Under the pieces are notes generated by a model. It was not told where the DNA came from and ran no database searches. It was given only the letters and a program-made list of their open reading frames with translations. Positions 10,030-20,845 of a stretch of DNA of 32,000 nt are shown here, piece by piece. Each line of letters begins with the position of its first letter. Position 1 is the stretch's first letter. Source of the stretch: Raphidiopsis brookii D9. GTDB lineage: Bacteria > Cyanobacteriota > Cyanobacteriia > Cyanobacteriales > Nostocaceae. The stretch is taken from assembly GCA_000175855.1 (NCBI GenBank), contig ACYB01000042.1, forward strand, positions 180,001 to 212,000, written 5' to 3'. The translations under genes and the position numbers were made by a program.

Positions 10030-10457
10030 ATGCTTTTATCTATCAAAACAAAACTCAAGTTAAATAAAACCCAGGAAATATTAATGGTTAAACACACTAG
10101 TATAGCAAGGTTTACATATAATTGGGGTTTAGCTACTTGGCAGGATTTGTACAAAGATGGGTTAAAGCCAAAATTAAACTAGCTAGACATCATGCGAGAA
10201 TAGCAAACTAGAGAAAAGACACTCTTCATAAACTTACTACTTACTTATGCAAAAACCACGCCAAGATAGTAGTAGAAGATTTAAACGTCTCCGGGATGCT
10301 ATCAAACCATAAATTAGCTCAATCAATAGCTGATTGTGGATTTTATGAGCTTAAGCGTCAGCTAGAATATAAAGCTAAAAAATTTGGCTGTCAAATTATA
10401 ATTGTTGATAGATTTTATCCATTTTATCCATCAAGTAAAACCTGTGCCAGTTAAAAT
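10030..10457 (+). pseudogene. Decayed IS200/IS605-family OrfB/TnpB relic
   Basis: Fragments in shifting frames: MLLSIKTKLKLNKTQEILMVKHTSIARFTYNWGLATWQDLYKDGLKP, then KLARHHARIAN*, then LHKLTTYLCKNHAKIVVEDLNVSGMLSNHKLAQSIADCGFYELKRQLEYKAKKFGCQIIIVDRFYPFYPSSKTCAS*. Confidence 0.88.
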
Positions 10458-10517
10458 GGCAAGAAACTAGCCACCTACATGGTATTCTGGCTAACACTAT
10501 AACTTTAAAAGGAAAAG

Positions 10518-11603
10518 TTGGGCGTGAATCAAATCAAAAAAGCTTTAATTACTGGTATTACTGGTCAAGACGGTTCATATTTGAGTGAATTATTGTTAGA
10601 AAAAGGTTATGAAGTTCATGGCATAATTCGTCGCACCTCCACATTTAACACGGATCGTATTGATCACATTTATGAAGATCCGCATCAAGAAGGTGCAAGG
10701 TTCTTCTTACACTATGGTGATCTAACCGATGGTACTACCCTACGTCGAATTTTAGAAGAGGTAAAACCAGTTGAAATCTATAATTTGGGTGCCCAGTCCC
10801 ATGTGAGGGTTAGCTTTGATTCCCCAGAATATACGGTTGATTCCGTAGCTATGGGTACCCTACGTCTTTTAGAAGCTGTTCGTGACTACCAAAATCGCAC
10901 GGGGATTCAAGTCCGTTTCTATCAAGCTGGTTCTTCAGAAATGTATGGACTAGTACAAGCTGTACCTCAAAGTGAAACTACACCCTTTTATCCCCGTAGT
11001 CCCTACGCCTGCGCTAAAGTTTATGCCCACTGGCAAACCATCAACTATCGAGAATCCTATGGTTTATTTGCCTGTAATGGTATTTTATTTAATCACGAAT
11101 CTCCCAGACGTGGAGAAACCTTTGTAACTCGCAAAATCACTAGAGCTGTATCTCGTATTGTAGCTGGTAAGCAAAAAAAATTATATATGGGCAATTTGGA
11201 TGCCAAACGGGATTGGGGATATGCTAAAGATTATGTGCGAGCCATGTGGTTAATGTTACAAAAGGAACAGCCCGATGATTATGTAATTGCCACTAGTGAA
11301 ACCCACTCGGTCAGGGAATTTTTAGATTTGGCATTTAGTTACGTGAATCTTAAGTGGGAGGATTACGTTGAATTTGATCAACGGTATTTAAGACCAGCAG
11401 AAGTAGACTTATTAATTGGTGATGCGACCAAAGCTAGACAAAAATTGGCTTGGCAACCATCAGTCACCTTTGAGGAGTTGGTAGCTTTGATGGTAGAAGC
11501 AGATTTACAGGCATTAGGACTAAACTCTCCCCATAGCAGTAGTCTGCAAATTCCCTGGGATATGGCAATTATTCGTCACGAGATAGGTGCTCTACATTTT
11601 TAG
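10518..11603 (+). CDS. gmd: GDP-mannose 4,6-dehydratase
   Basis: [48 protein letters not shown]; [16 protein letters not shown]; TTG start in the track. Confidence 0.95.
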   Translation: MGVNQIKKALITGITGQDGSYLSELLLEKGYEVHGIIRRTSTFNTDRIDHIYEDPHQEGARFFLHYGDLTDGTTLRRILEEVKPVEIYNLGAQSHVRVSFDSPEYTVDSVAMGTLRLLEAVRDYQNRTGIQVRFYQAGSSEMYGLVQAVPQSETTPFYPRSPYACAKVYAHWQTINYRESYGLFACNGILFNHESPRRGETFVTRKITRAVSRIVAGKQKKLYMGNLDAKRDWGYAKDYVRAMWLMLQKEQPDDYVIATSETHSVREFLDLAFSYVNLKWEDYVEFDQRYLRPAEVDLLIGDATKARQKLAWQPSVTFEELVALMVEADLQALGLNSPHSSSLQIPWDMAIIRHEIGALHF

Positions 11604-11696
11604 ATGGCGTGATTGAGGATGGGTTGATGTCGACAATTCAAATAACATAAAAATATTCAAAAACCCGCTGGTCGGGGTCTCCAGGAGGGAAGAAAG

Positions 11697-12641
11697 ATGA
11701 GTGAATTAGAATTACAAAGCAAACGTATTCTAGTAACAGGTGGAGCGGGTTTTCTAGGTCGTCAGGTAGTTGCTCAATTGTGTCAAGCTGGAGCCAATCC
11801 AGAAAAAATCACAGTTACACGCTCCCGTGATTGTGATTTAAGAGTTTGGGAAAATTGTCAGCGCGCAGCTAATCAACAGGATATTATCATTCACCTAGCT
11901 GCTCATGTGGGGGGAATTGGTTTGAATCAGGAAAAACCAGCTGAGTTATTTTATGACAACTTAATTATGGGAACCCAGTTGATCCATGCAGCTTATCAAG
12001 CAGGTGTGGAAAAGTTTGTCTGTGTGGGAACTATTTGCGCTTACCCTAAATTTACCCCGGTTCCATTTCAAGAGGAAGATCTTTGGAATGGTTATCCTGA
12101 AGAAACTAATGCTCCCTACGGGATTGCTAAAAAAGCTCTTTTGGTTCAGCTCCAGTCCTATCGTCAGCAATATGGTTTTAATGGTATTTACTTGCTACCT
12201 GTAAATCTCTATGGACCTGAAGACAATTTTGATCCTAAAACTTCTCATGTCATTCCCGCTTTGATTCGCAAGGTTCACCAAGCCCAAATTAATGGCGAAA
12301 AACAACTTTTGGTCTGGGGTGATGGTTCCCCTACCCGGGAATTTCTCTACTCCACAGATGCAGCACTGGGTATTGTTATGGGAACTCGCTTTTATCATCA
12401 ATCTGCTCCCATTAATTTGGGTACGGGTTATGAAATCTCTATTAAGGACTTGATCACTCTTATTTGTCAATTAATGGAATATGACGGACAAATAGTTTGG
12501 CAAACGGATAAACCTAATGGACAACCAAGGCGCTGTTTAGACACTCAAAAAGCTAAGGTGGCCTTTAGTTTTACCGCTCAAGTGAGCTTTGAGCAAGGAT
12601 TGAAAAATACCATCCAATGGTATAGGGAAAATGCAAATTAA
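11697..12641 (+). CDS. fcl: GDP-L-fucose synthase
   Basis: RILVTGGAGFLGRQVVAQL, AAHVGGIGLNQEKPAELFYDNLIMGTQLIHAAYQAGVEKFVCVGTICAYPKF; directly downstream of gmd. Confidence 0.93.
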   Translation: MSELELQSKRILVTGGAGFLGRQVVAQLCQAGANPEKITVTRSRDCDLRVWENCQRAANQQDIIIHLAAHVGGIGLNQEKPAELFYDNLIMGTQLIHAAYQAGVEKFVCVGTICAYPKFTPVPFQEEDLWNGYPEETNAPYGIAKKALLVQLQSYRQQYGFNGIYLLPVNLYGPEDNFDPKTSHVIPALIRKVHQAQINGEKQLLVWGDGSPTREFLYSTDAALGIVMGTRFYHQSAPINLGTGYEISIKDLITLICQLMEYDGQIVWQTDKPNGQPRRCLDTQKAKVAFSFTAQVSFEQGLKNTIQWYRENAN

Positions 12642-13200
12642 GGTCAGCAAAAAACAACTGCGTCACCAAATATTGGCAACTCGTCAGTCCATGACTTTAC
12701 AAGAATGGCAACTCAAGAGCGATCGCATTTGTAGTATAATACAATCCTCACCTTTATTTACCCAAGCCAAAACAATTCTTGCCTACTTGAGTTTCCGTCA
12801 GGAACCGGATCTGAGTTCACTGTTTAGTCAGTCTATGAATTCCCAATGTCGTTGGGGTTTCCCTCGCTGTGTTGGCAAGTCTCTTGTTTGGCATTTATGG
12901 CAACCAGACACTATTCTAAACATCAGCAATTATGGCATTGCTGAACCAGATCCCCGTTCTCCTAGCATAGACTCTACGGAAGCTGACCTCATCCTGGTTC
13001 CTAGTGTGGCCTGTGACCACCAAGGATACCGTTTGGGTTATGGTGGTGGTTACTATGACCGATTTTTGAGTTCTCCCACCATATCCCACATACCCACTAG
13101 GGGGGTAGTTTTTGATTTTGCCTACCTGCCAGAAATTCCCTGGATTGATCCTTGGGATCAACCATTGGGAGGGGTTTTCACTGACTACCAGGTTTCCTAA
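12631..13200 (+). CDS. 5-formyltetrahydrofolate cyclo-ligase
   Basis: LRHQILATRQSM...ADLILVPSVACDHQGYRLGYGGGYYDRFL motif. Confidence 0.9.
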   Translation: MQIKVSKKQLRHQILATRQSMTLQEWQLKSDRICSIIQSSPLFTQAKTILAYLSFRQEPDLSSLFSQSMNSQCRWGFPRCVGKSLVWHLWQPDTILNISNYGIAEPDPRSPSIDSTEADLILVPSVACDHQGYRLGYGGGYYDRFLSSPTISHIPTRGVVFDFAYLPEIPWIDPWDQPLGGVFTDYQVS

Positions 13201-13212
13201 AGAACCTGGGAA

Positions 13213-13286
13213 TCGGAGCGGCGGGATTCGAACCCACGACCTCCACTACCCCAAAGTGGCGCGCTACCAAGCTGCGCTACGCCCCG
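13213..13286 (-). tRNA. tRNA-Pro (anticodon GGG)
   Basis: Minus strand CGGGGCGTAGCGCAGCTTGGTAGCGCGCCACTTTGGGGTAGTGGAGGTCGTGGGTTCGAATCCCGCCGCTCCGA folds as a cloverleaf: acceptor CGGGGCG/CGCTCCG, anticodon stem CCACT/AGTGG with loop TTGGGGT, T-loop TTCGAAT. CCA is not encoded. Confidence 0.95.
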
Positions 13287-13358
13287 TTAACCAAATTAAA
13301 TCACTCTCTCTAATATATCAAAGGTGAGAAAAAAAAGCAAGGGGTTAATATATCAAAT

Positions 13359-13745
13359 TCAAAAAACTTTCAGAGTTGCCAGGGCCTTGACTAACTCTTG
13401 GACAGCATGGGGACTCAAGTATCCTTGAACGGATCTTCCATTAGTCAGGATAAATCGCATGCTATACAGATGGGCATATCCTTCTACTTCCATCCACACT
13501 AGATCGGTTTCAGCTTCACAGGTAATTTTTTCTTCATCCATGAGTTCCGATGTGAAAACCGTGATGGTCTCCACTAGTTGGGTTAGTAGATGGCAAAAAT
13601 GTTCCAGCTCCAGTTCGGTCAGTTCAACGGCCCAATCATCACTTCCCACCAGACCGTTAAATTGAGTAGAGTCTGGTTTCCAACCTATTTGCCAACCAGC
13701 TCCCCGTTTAACTACCTTTTGCATTTTCCGTGGTATTACAGCCAA
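13359..13745 (-). CDS. DUF1818 family protein
   Basis: [45 protein letters not shown]; conserved beside rpoZ in cyanobacteria. Confidence 0.8.
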   Translation of the reverse strand: MAVIPRKMQKVVKRGAGWQIGWKPDSTQFNGLVGSDDWAVELTELELEHFCHLLTQLVETITVFTSELMDEEKITCEAETDLVWMEVEGYAHLYSMRFILTNGRSVQGYLSPHAVQELVKALATLKVF

Positions 13746-14023
13746 TCGCTAGGTAACTCACCAATAATTTCTGGCTGAGTTAACTCATCAGACATTTCAA
13801 TGATTGCTCTAAGCACCGGTTTCATGATGCTATCTTCATTATTCTCAAAGTCTTCATAACGGCGACGTTTAGCACGATTAGCAACCTGTACAGTGATCCG
13901 ATAACGATTTGATGCGGCGTTAATCAAATCCTCTGAGCGCTGCATAATTTGAGATTGGGTGGCCTCGAACCTGGATCTTTTGAGCATAGTGGTTTGGGGT
14001 TGAATTTTTGACGTTCGATTCAC
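13736..14023 (-). CDS. rpoZ: DNA-directed RNA polymerase omega subunit
   Basis: [47 protein letters not shown]; true start probably the internal MLKRS. Confidence 0.92.
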   Translation of the reverse strand: MNRTSKIQPQTTMLKRSRFEATQSQIMQRSEDLINAASNRYRITVQVANRAKRRRYEDFENNEDSIMKPVLRAIIEMSDELTQPEIIGELPSDWL

Positions 14024-14117
14024 TTGCCTATCAATATTAATATTAGCACAATTATCAAAAAACGATTCACCTGGTTGGATAGATAATTTGGATAATTTTA
14101 ATGAATTTTTTGAAGAC

Positions 14118-14145
14118 TTGTGATACCCTATTTGTGTGTTATAAT
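14118..14145 (+). promoter_or_regulatory. Candidate sigma-70-type promoter TTGTGA-N16-TATAAT
   Basis: TATAAT at 14140-14145 and TTGTGA at 14118-14123, just upstream of the ORF at 14171. Confidence 0.5.
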
Positions 14146-14170
14146 CCTTACTTAAATCCAGGAAAAGATC

Positions 14171-15055
14171 ATGAACGAGCTAACAAAGTCCGATCTCAGG
14201 GAACGCTTAGGCAACATAGATCAGATCCGCGATGTACTAATTGGACCTCATTTGAGAGAGTATAATAACCGTCTAGAACAGCTGGAACGTGGTTTGGCAT
14301 CGGTTCAGTATGAACTACGCAATCGGGGTGAAGAAACCCGTCAAACAATCTTATTGGAGTTAAACGCCACTGCTGATTTATTAGAGAAAAAGATTCGCAA
14401 TCTAATTATTAAGGATGAGGAGGAGAAATTTAATCTCAATCAGCAAATAGATAATATTAACAAGCGCATTCTCGCAGCCACCCAGGAACTGCAAGATTCC
14501 GTAACGGCTGAATTAGACGAACTAGCGGAAAATGCTGATAAGCGGTTTAAATCAATACAGACAAAAGACGAGGAAGAAAAGTCGGAAATTCGTCAGCAGC
14601 TTGATCTGGTCAACAAAAGGTTGGGGGGTAGCATTGAAACGGTGAGTCAAACGTTTCAACAGCAGACCAAGACTTTGCAGGAAAATTTGCAGGCCACCCG
14701 GAATAAGTTACAGGATGAAATCACTGAGCTACGTGCCCAAACCATTGAGGAGCTGGAAAGGTACTCCTCTATATTAACTCAAGAGAAAGTTTCTAAGGAT
14801 GATATGGCGGAATTGCTCTTTGAGCTAGGTCTAAGACTCCAAGGCAAGGAATTTGTTCCCGAGCTTCAGCAGGTTGCCAATTTCACAGAAGAACTGCAAA
14901 CAATTATAACTGAGTCCTCCGACCAATCTGCAACGCACCTGATACCTGAAAATCCCCCAGAACCAGAACCAAAAGTCGCTTCCAATACTCCCCCGCGAGC
15001 TAAGGTAGAAGGCTCTACTCCCCGTCGGACTAGAACTAGTCGTCTTAAAGGCTAG
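14171..15055 (+). CDS. Coiled-coil-rich protein of unknown function with basic, proline-rich tail
   Basis: Long ORF with RBS-like AGGAAAAG and heptad-like regions; tail [33 protein letters not shown]. Confidence 0.8.
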   Translation: MNELTKSDLRERLGNIDQIRDVLIGPHLREYNNRLEQLERGLASVQYELRNRGEETRQTILLELNATADLLEKKIRNLIIKDEEEKFNLNQQIDNINKRILAATQELQDSVTAELDELAENADKRFKSIQTKDEEEKSEIRQQLDLVNKRLGGSIETVSQTFQQQTKTLQENLQATRNKLQDEITELRAQTIEELERYSSILTQEKVSKDDMAELLFELGLRLQGKEFVPELQQVANFTEELQTIITESSDQSATHLIPENPPEPEPKVASNTPPRAKVEGSTPRRTRTSRLKG

Positions 15056-15068
15056 CATCACAGATTGT

Positions 15069-16224
15069 CTAGCTGGCTTTCATTTTTAAAAACAATTCCT
15101 CGTACTGGTTTATACTTTCTAAGGATAAGGGTTTTAAGAACTCGCATTTTTCCAATAATTCGTGCTCAATAACGAGTAGATTTTGTGTATCATCACTTAT
15201 ACCCTGAACCTTAGAAGTATTGACAAAAGTAGGGGTGTTGGTTTTGCCCAACATCACAATTTGTCGGGCAATGTCTGGTTGCCAACAAAAGTCAATCCAT
15301 TGTAATATTAAATTATCTGTTTTATCTGTTTCAGTAATTAGTGTATTTGCTGGTTGCACCCAAATATCTGCCCAAATTGCTGTTCCTGACTGGGGTATAA
15401 CTGCTCTCAATTGGGGATAACGACTTAAAATAGGGATAATGTCATTTGACCAACCTACTGCTAACCATGTATCTCCAGTAATTAGGGGTTCTAGATAGTT
15501 GGTAGATTCATAGAATTTCACCTGCTGATTTAAACTCTCTAGTTCTATTTTTAAGTTGGGAATTTCTACTGGATTTACCGTGTTGTAAGATCTGCCCAGT
15601 TTTTTTAAAACCAATCCAATCACCTCTCTAGGGTGATTGGGTAAAGAAATACGAGAGCGCAAATCACTTCGCCATAAGTCACTCCAATCTATTGGTTGCC
15701 AATTAAAGTTCTGTAACTGTTTCTGATTATATACAAGCACCGTATTTCCCCAACGATAAGGTGCACCCCATACCTTACCTTGAGAATCCCAATTACCCTG
15801 ATCATCCCGTTTCACCAACTGCTGCCATTTTTCCTGTAAGGATGACCATTGTTTACTTTTTTTTATTGGTAAGGGTTGAATTAATTTTTTGCTCAATAGC
15901 TGGTTTTAACCAATAGTCTCCCAAAGTTACTAGATCACAATGGGGTGATTTTTTGCCCCCTGGACTCTTATCTCTTGTCTCTCGCCAAATTTGTAGCTGT
16001 TTAAACAAATCATGTATCTGACTTTTTGGTACAAAACTCAGTTTGACATGAGAGAGTGTTTTATCTGATTGTAATCTTTTGTTAAATTGATTTACCACAT
16101 AGCCTGGTATAGAATCCTTTAAAAGCAATACCTGGAATTCTGATTGATTTTTCCCGTTACATCCCATGAGTGTTTGACCAAGCAGAAGTCCACCCACATT
16201 AAATAGAAAATTCCTTCGTTTCAT
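15069..16224 (-). CDS. Extracellular solute-binding protein (spermidine/putrescine PotD-like), split by an apparent +1 frameshift near 15885-15890
   Basis: ORFs 15853..16224 and 15069..15896 join as YWLKPAIEQKLIQPLPIKKSKQWSSLQEKW if the A6 run is read as A5. Lipobox-like LLLGQTLMGC; later LWRSDLRSRISLPNHPREVIGLVLKKLG and GDTWLAVGWSND. Confidence 0.8.
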
Positions 16225-16253
16225 TTTGTTTCCCCAGTTCTTGACCGTTTAAA

Positions 16254-16320
16254 CAAATTCTAGAAATTTGTGAGTACGTAGCGGGTCAACCGCTACAGGG
16301 CTAAACGGCAAGCCCTTTTA
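16254..16320. other. Three consecutive short inverted repeats between icd and the solute-binding protein gene
   Basis: CAAATT-CTAGA-AATTTG; GTAGCGG-GTCAA-CCGCTAC; AGGGCT-AAACGGCA-AGCCCT followed by TTTT on the plus strand. Confidence 0.7.
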
Positions 16321-16363
16321 TTCCCCAAAGACATCAGGAATTACTTTTCTAACAATTATGATA

Positions 16364-17787
16364 TCAACAGTTGAATTGTTGAATAATTGCGTCAGCAAAT
16401 TCAGAGCATTTTAGTGGTTCCACTGGGGGTTCCATTAGTCGTGCTAGGTCATAAGTAACTTTACCATCAGCTATGGAAGCACCTAGCCCTCTTTTGATTA
16501 AATCTGCTGCTTCCTGCCATCCCATGTATTCTAGCATCATGACTCCTGAGAGAATAACAGAACCAGGATTAATTTTGTCTAATCCTGCATGTTTTGGTGC
16601 TGTGCCATGGGTAGCTTCGAAAATGGCACAAGAGTCTCCAATGTTTGCTCCTGGACCCATTCCTAGTCCACCGACAATGGCCGCAGCAGCATCGGATAAA
16701 TAATCTCCGTTTAAGTTCATGGTGGCCAAAATAGAATACTCATCTGGCCTTGTCTGAATCTGCTGGAAAATACTGTCAGCAATCCGATCATTTACCATGA
16801 CTTTATCTTTCCATTGCCCATCCCCGTGGGTAGACCATATTGAATTGATTACTGTTTCTACTTCCTTGACAATTTGTCCTTTTTTCTCTGGTGTTAAATT
16901 GTCAAATCCTGGATCAATCATTCTGGCATTTTCTTCCGGGGAAATTTGGGGATTTTTTTCCTTATTGCCTAAAATCCATGATTCCCTTTCTGTGATACAC
17001 TCTGCGCGAAATTCCTGGGTCACTAACTCATAACCCCAATCTCTGAACGCTCCCTCGGTGTATTTCATTATATTCCCTTTATGTACCAAGGTTACCTGTT
17101 GTTTTTCCTTGGGTAGTTGTAAAGCATGCTTTAGGGCACGTCTCACTAGTCTTTGGGAACCACTCCTACTAATCGGTTTGATTCCTATTCCCGCATCCAG
17201 GGGAATCTGTTTTTTGCCATGTTCTGGTGTTGCTGGTATGAGATCTTTGTTCAGGATGTTGATCAATCGCTCTCCTATTTCACTACCTTGTTTCCATTCT
17301 ATCCCCAAGTAAATATCTTCCGTATTTTCCCTATAGACAATTACATCTAGTTTATCCGGGCTTTTATGGGGAGAAGGAGTTCCTGCATAGTAACGACATG
17401 GACGCACACAGGCATATAAATCAAATATTTGACGCAATGCCACGTTCAATGAACGAATCCCACCACCTATGGGGTAGTTAGTGGACCTTTAATGGCAATA
17501 CCATACTCCTTAATAGCTGTAAGGGTGTCCTGGGGTAAGTACTGGTAGGTTCCATATAAATCGCATGCTTCATCTCCAGCATAGACCTTGAACCAACTAA
17601 TCTTTCTTTTGCCACTGTAAGCTTTAGCCACTGCTGTATCTAGCACTTTCTCCGTAGCTGGCCAAATATCTATACCTGTTCCATCACCGCGAATAAAAGG
17701 GATAATGGGATTATCCGGAACTATGGGTTCCCCGTTCTGGAAGGTGATTTTTTCGCCTGTTGGGGGAGGGGTAATCTTTTCGTACAT
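16364..17787 (-). CDS. icd: NADP-dependent isocitrate dehydrogenase, split by an apparent -1 frameshift near 17471-17474
   Basis: N-terminal [41 protein letters not shown]...AIKGPLTTP; C-terminal [29 protein letters not shown]...[18 protein letters not shown]. Joining restores GPLTTP(I/V)[13 protein letters not shown]. Confidence 0.95.
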
Positions 17788-17927
17788 GGTTAACACATTC
17801 CAAAATAAAGAAATAAGCTCTGCTTTGGTGCTATTTTCCAGCAATTTCCTATAAATACTACCACTGAAGCTATTTGTTTTATTAATTCCATGATAGCATT
17901 AATCCATCAACGGTAAACCTTAAAAGT

Positions 17928-18398
17928 ATGGAGTCCCAAGGGATTGTACCCCTCAAATCAGCCTGTGGTATTAGTTATGATTCTTTGGCGCAATTGCTCG
18001 TCAAGCAAGATTTTCAGGCTGCTGACCTATTGACAATTCAACAAATGTGTGAGGTGGTGGGAACCCAAGCAGTGCGCAGAAAATGGTTATATTTCACTGA
18101 AGTGGAAAATTTCCCCATCCAGGATCTGCAAACTATTAATAGTCTTTGGTTGGCTCACTCCCAAGGCAAATTTGGTTTTTCTGTGCAGCGGGAACTTTGG
18201 TTGGGGGTGGGTAGAAACTGGGATAGGTTATGGCCTAAAATCGGCTGGAAGCAAGGTGAAAAATGGACTCGCTATCCTCATGAGTTTACCTGGGATTTGA
18301 CCGCCCCTAGGGGTCATTTACCCCTATCTAACCAACTACGGGGAGTGCGAGTTATGGCCTCTCTCTTATCTCACCCCGCATGGACTACTCCTTCCTAG
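17928..18398 (+). CDS. Short GUN4-domain protein
   Basis: [59 protein letters not shown]. Confidence 0.8.
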   Translation: MESQGIVPLKSACGISYDSLAQLLVKQDFQAADLLTIQQMCEVVGTQAVRRKWLYFTEVENFPIQDLQTINSLWLAHSQGKFGFSVQRELWLGVGRNWDRLWPKIGWKQGEKWTRYPHEFTWDLTAPRGHLPLSNQLRGVRVMASLLSHPAWTTPS

Positions 18399-19993
18399 TT
18401 TTCTCCAACTGTCCACCAAGCTAGGGCATAGTCTTGTTTTGATCGGTTAACTTGGTTTTTAAAATCTACGCGCACCTTATACTTACCACCCTCAGGTATA
18501 CTGCAAAAAATATGCTCCACATTGTCAATTTGACTTATGGAAGAACAATTGGAAACTTTTATGTTTTTTTCATCGGTTTTTAAGAGGTGAATATCTAAAT
18601 CATTTATTCCTTTGTCTATAAATGTTTCGTCCGTATCATATAATTGGTTTTGGTTAGTATCTTCTAGTTCTACTAGTCTGTCCCAGGTCAAGGTGATGGC
18701 CACAAAACTATCTTTTTTTAAGGGTTTTCTCAGGCTATAGTCTATTGATGAGTTGGCACTAATCCTATGATAATCCCAACCAATGGCTGGTATTTTATTA
18801 CCAGGACCCCATTGTCCCCACATAAATTGTTGGTAGGCACGAAAGACATTTAAATGACCTGAACCCATTTGGGGATCTAAGGGAATTCCCGTATTTTGAT
18901 AGGCCTGGGAAACTAGCCAATCTCTATTTTGTTTATCTACTAATGTCCTGGTCATTCCCAGTCTTAGTCCATTACCATTATCTAGGATTTTCTCCGCTGA
19001 GTTTAATAGTACGGCTTTCATCACTTGATGTCTCCTGGCATTAATGTTCCAATTTCCAGCCTGATCCCTTATTTGTCTATCAGCAAATTCTTGTAACAGA
19101 CCTATGGCGGCCGTTACCTGGGGCGCTGCAAAACTTGAACCAGTAGATTTATTTAATTTACCATCCGGGTTAATTACCGGAATATTTGTCCCAGGCGCTA
19201 CTAAACCTACGGAACTCCGCCCATCAATGTTAAATTCCTTCCCTAACAAGCGATCGCTCACTTCTTGGTTATTTCCTGCTAAATTAGAAACATGAAGTTT
19301 ATCAAAAATTCCTCTCCTTGCTGATGAAAAGGCCACGTTAATGGCGTTAAAATTGTCTGTAGGAATGGAAATTCCTCCTTTACCCTGATTTCCAGCAATT
19401 ACATAGGTTACATCATGCACTCGACTTGACCAGTCAACACATAAAGTTAGTAGGGCTTTACCATCTAACACTGGTTCTGGTCTAGGATCGCGGTTAAGGG
19501 GTTCGCCAAAACTAAAGTTAATAGCTCGTAAATCCCCACCATTTTGTAGGGCAATATGTTGTGCTGACAAACACTCCTCTGATTGACCTAAGTTACGACC
19601 AAATCCAACAGCGGAGGAGTATAGTCTGGCTTGGGGTGCTACTCCTGGAAGAGACTTGTTTTGACTAGTCATCACTCCAGCTACATTGTAGGCATGAGTA
19701 TCAACACCAAAGTTAGACTGGGCGGGTGCATTCAGTGAAAATACGGCAGTTGGGGTAACGGCACGGTTTTTAGATACGGCTTTATCCAAGCCAAATAAAC
19801 CGGGACGGCCGATTTCTACCTGACCCAGGGCAATTTTACGACCGGTTAATTTATAGGGTGGTTGGTGTAAAATCAGAGCATTAATACCATTAGTTCCTAG
19901 AAAACTGCTGGATTGGAAAGATGCAAGCGCTGGTATACCTAAGGAGTAAATACCTAAGACGCATACAATTAAAGTTTTCTTCATAGCTTTCAA
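18395..19993 (-). CDS. Secreted S8 (subtilisin-like) family peptidase
   Basis: Signal peptide [20 protein letters not shown]; [11 protein letters not shown] (His region), YVIAGNQG (oxyanion Asn), [16 protein letters not shown] (catalytic Ser). Confidence 0.85.
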   Translation of the reverse strand: MKAMKKTLIVCVLGIYSLGIPALASFQSSSFLGTNGINALILHQPPYKLTGRKIALGQVEIGRPGLFGLDKAVSKNRAVTPTAVFSLNAPAQSNFGVDTHAYNVAGVMTSQNKSLPGVAPQARLYSSAVGFGRNLGQSEECLSAQHIALQNGGDLRAINFSFGEPLNRDPRPEPVLDGKALLTLCVDWSSRVHDVTYVIAGNQGKGGISIPTDNFNAINVAFSSARRGIFDKLHVSNLAGNNQEVSDRLLGKEFNIDGRSSVGLVAPGTNIPVINPDGKLNKSTGSSFAAPQVTAAIGLLQEFADRQIRDQAGNWNINARRHQVMKAVLLNSAEKILDNGNGLRLGMTRTLVDKQNRDWLVSQAYQNTGIPLDPQMGSGHLNVFRAYQQFMWGQWGPGNKIPAIGWDYHRISANSSIDYSLRKPLKKDSFVAITLTWDRLVELEDTNQNQLYDTDETFIDKGINDLDIHLLKTDEKNIKVSNCSSISQIDNVEHIFCSIPEGGKYKVRVDFKNQVNRSKQDYALAWWTVGEN

Positions 19994-20109
19994 TAACCTA
20001 TAGAGGAAGTTCTGTTCGTCAGCTTCCCAGGGAAAAAATTCCTAATTTGTAATTGCACCATATTCTGTTACCATACTTACAGACGAAGACGATAAAAAAC
20101 CCACTAGCC

Positions 20110-20820
20110 ATGACTCAAAACCGATCTCAAAAGCCCATAGTTATTGCTCCATCCATCCTATCAGCAAACTTTAGTCGTTTAGGCGAAGACATTCGTGCGG
20201 TAGATGCAGCAGGAGCAGATTGGATTCACGTTGATGTAATGGACGGACGTTTTGTTCCCAATATTACCATTGGTCCTCTGGTTGTGGAGGCGATTCGTCC
20301 AGTTACAACCAAACCCCTGGATGTCCACTTGATGATTGTGGAACCAGAAAAATATGTAGAAGGTTTTGCTAAAGCTGGTGCGGACATTATTTCCGTCCAT
20401 GCTGAACATAATGCTTCACCTCATCTGCATCGGACTTTAGGACAAATCAAGGAGCTGGGTAAACAAGCTGGGGTTGTGCTCAATCCTGGGACACCTTTAC
20501 AACTAATCGAGTATGTACTAGAACTGTGTGATTTAGTGCTGATCATGAGTGTTAACCCTGGTTTTGGTGGACAAAGTTTTATTCCCAGCGTGGTGCCCAA
20601 AATTCGCCAATTGCGTCAAATGTGTGATGAAAAGGGTTTGGATCCTTGGATTGAGGTTGATGGTGGTTTAAAAGCTAATAATACTTGGCAGGTATTAGAA
20701 GCTGGAGCTAATGCCATCGTAGCAGGTTCAGCTGTATTTAATGCTCCTGACTATGCCCAGGCCATTGAGAATATTCGTCATAGCAAACGTCCTGTCAAGG
20801 AACTGGCCGTTTCTCTATAA
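20110..20820 (+). CDS. rpe: Ribulose-phosphate 3-epimerase
   Basis: [45 protein letters not shown]; [12 protein letters not shown]. Start set at the MTQNRSQ ATG at 20110. Confidence 0.95.
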   Translation: MTQNRSQKPIVIAPSILSANFSRLGEDIRAVDAAGADWIHVDVMDGRFVPNITIGPLVVEAIRPVTTKPLDVHLMIVEPEKYVEGFAKAGADIISVHAEHNASPHLHRTLGQIKELGKQAGVVLNPGTPLQLIEYVLELCDLVLIMSVNPGFGGQSFIPSVVPKIRQLRQMCDEKGLDPWIEVDGGLKANNTWQVLEAGANAIVAGSAVFNAPDYAQAIENIRHSKRPVKELAVSL

Positions 20821-20845
20821 CGACTTTCCATCAAAGGGGATGTGG

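Noticed and set aside
17787-17927. NtcA box upstream of icd
   Set aside because: icd is often linked to NtcA, but I found no GTAN8TAC match between icd and the GUN4 gene.
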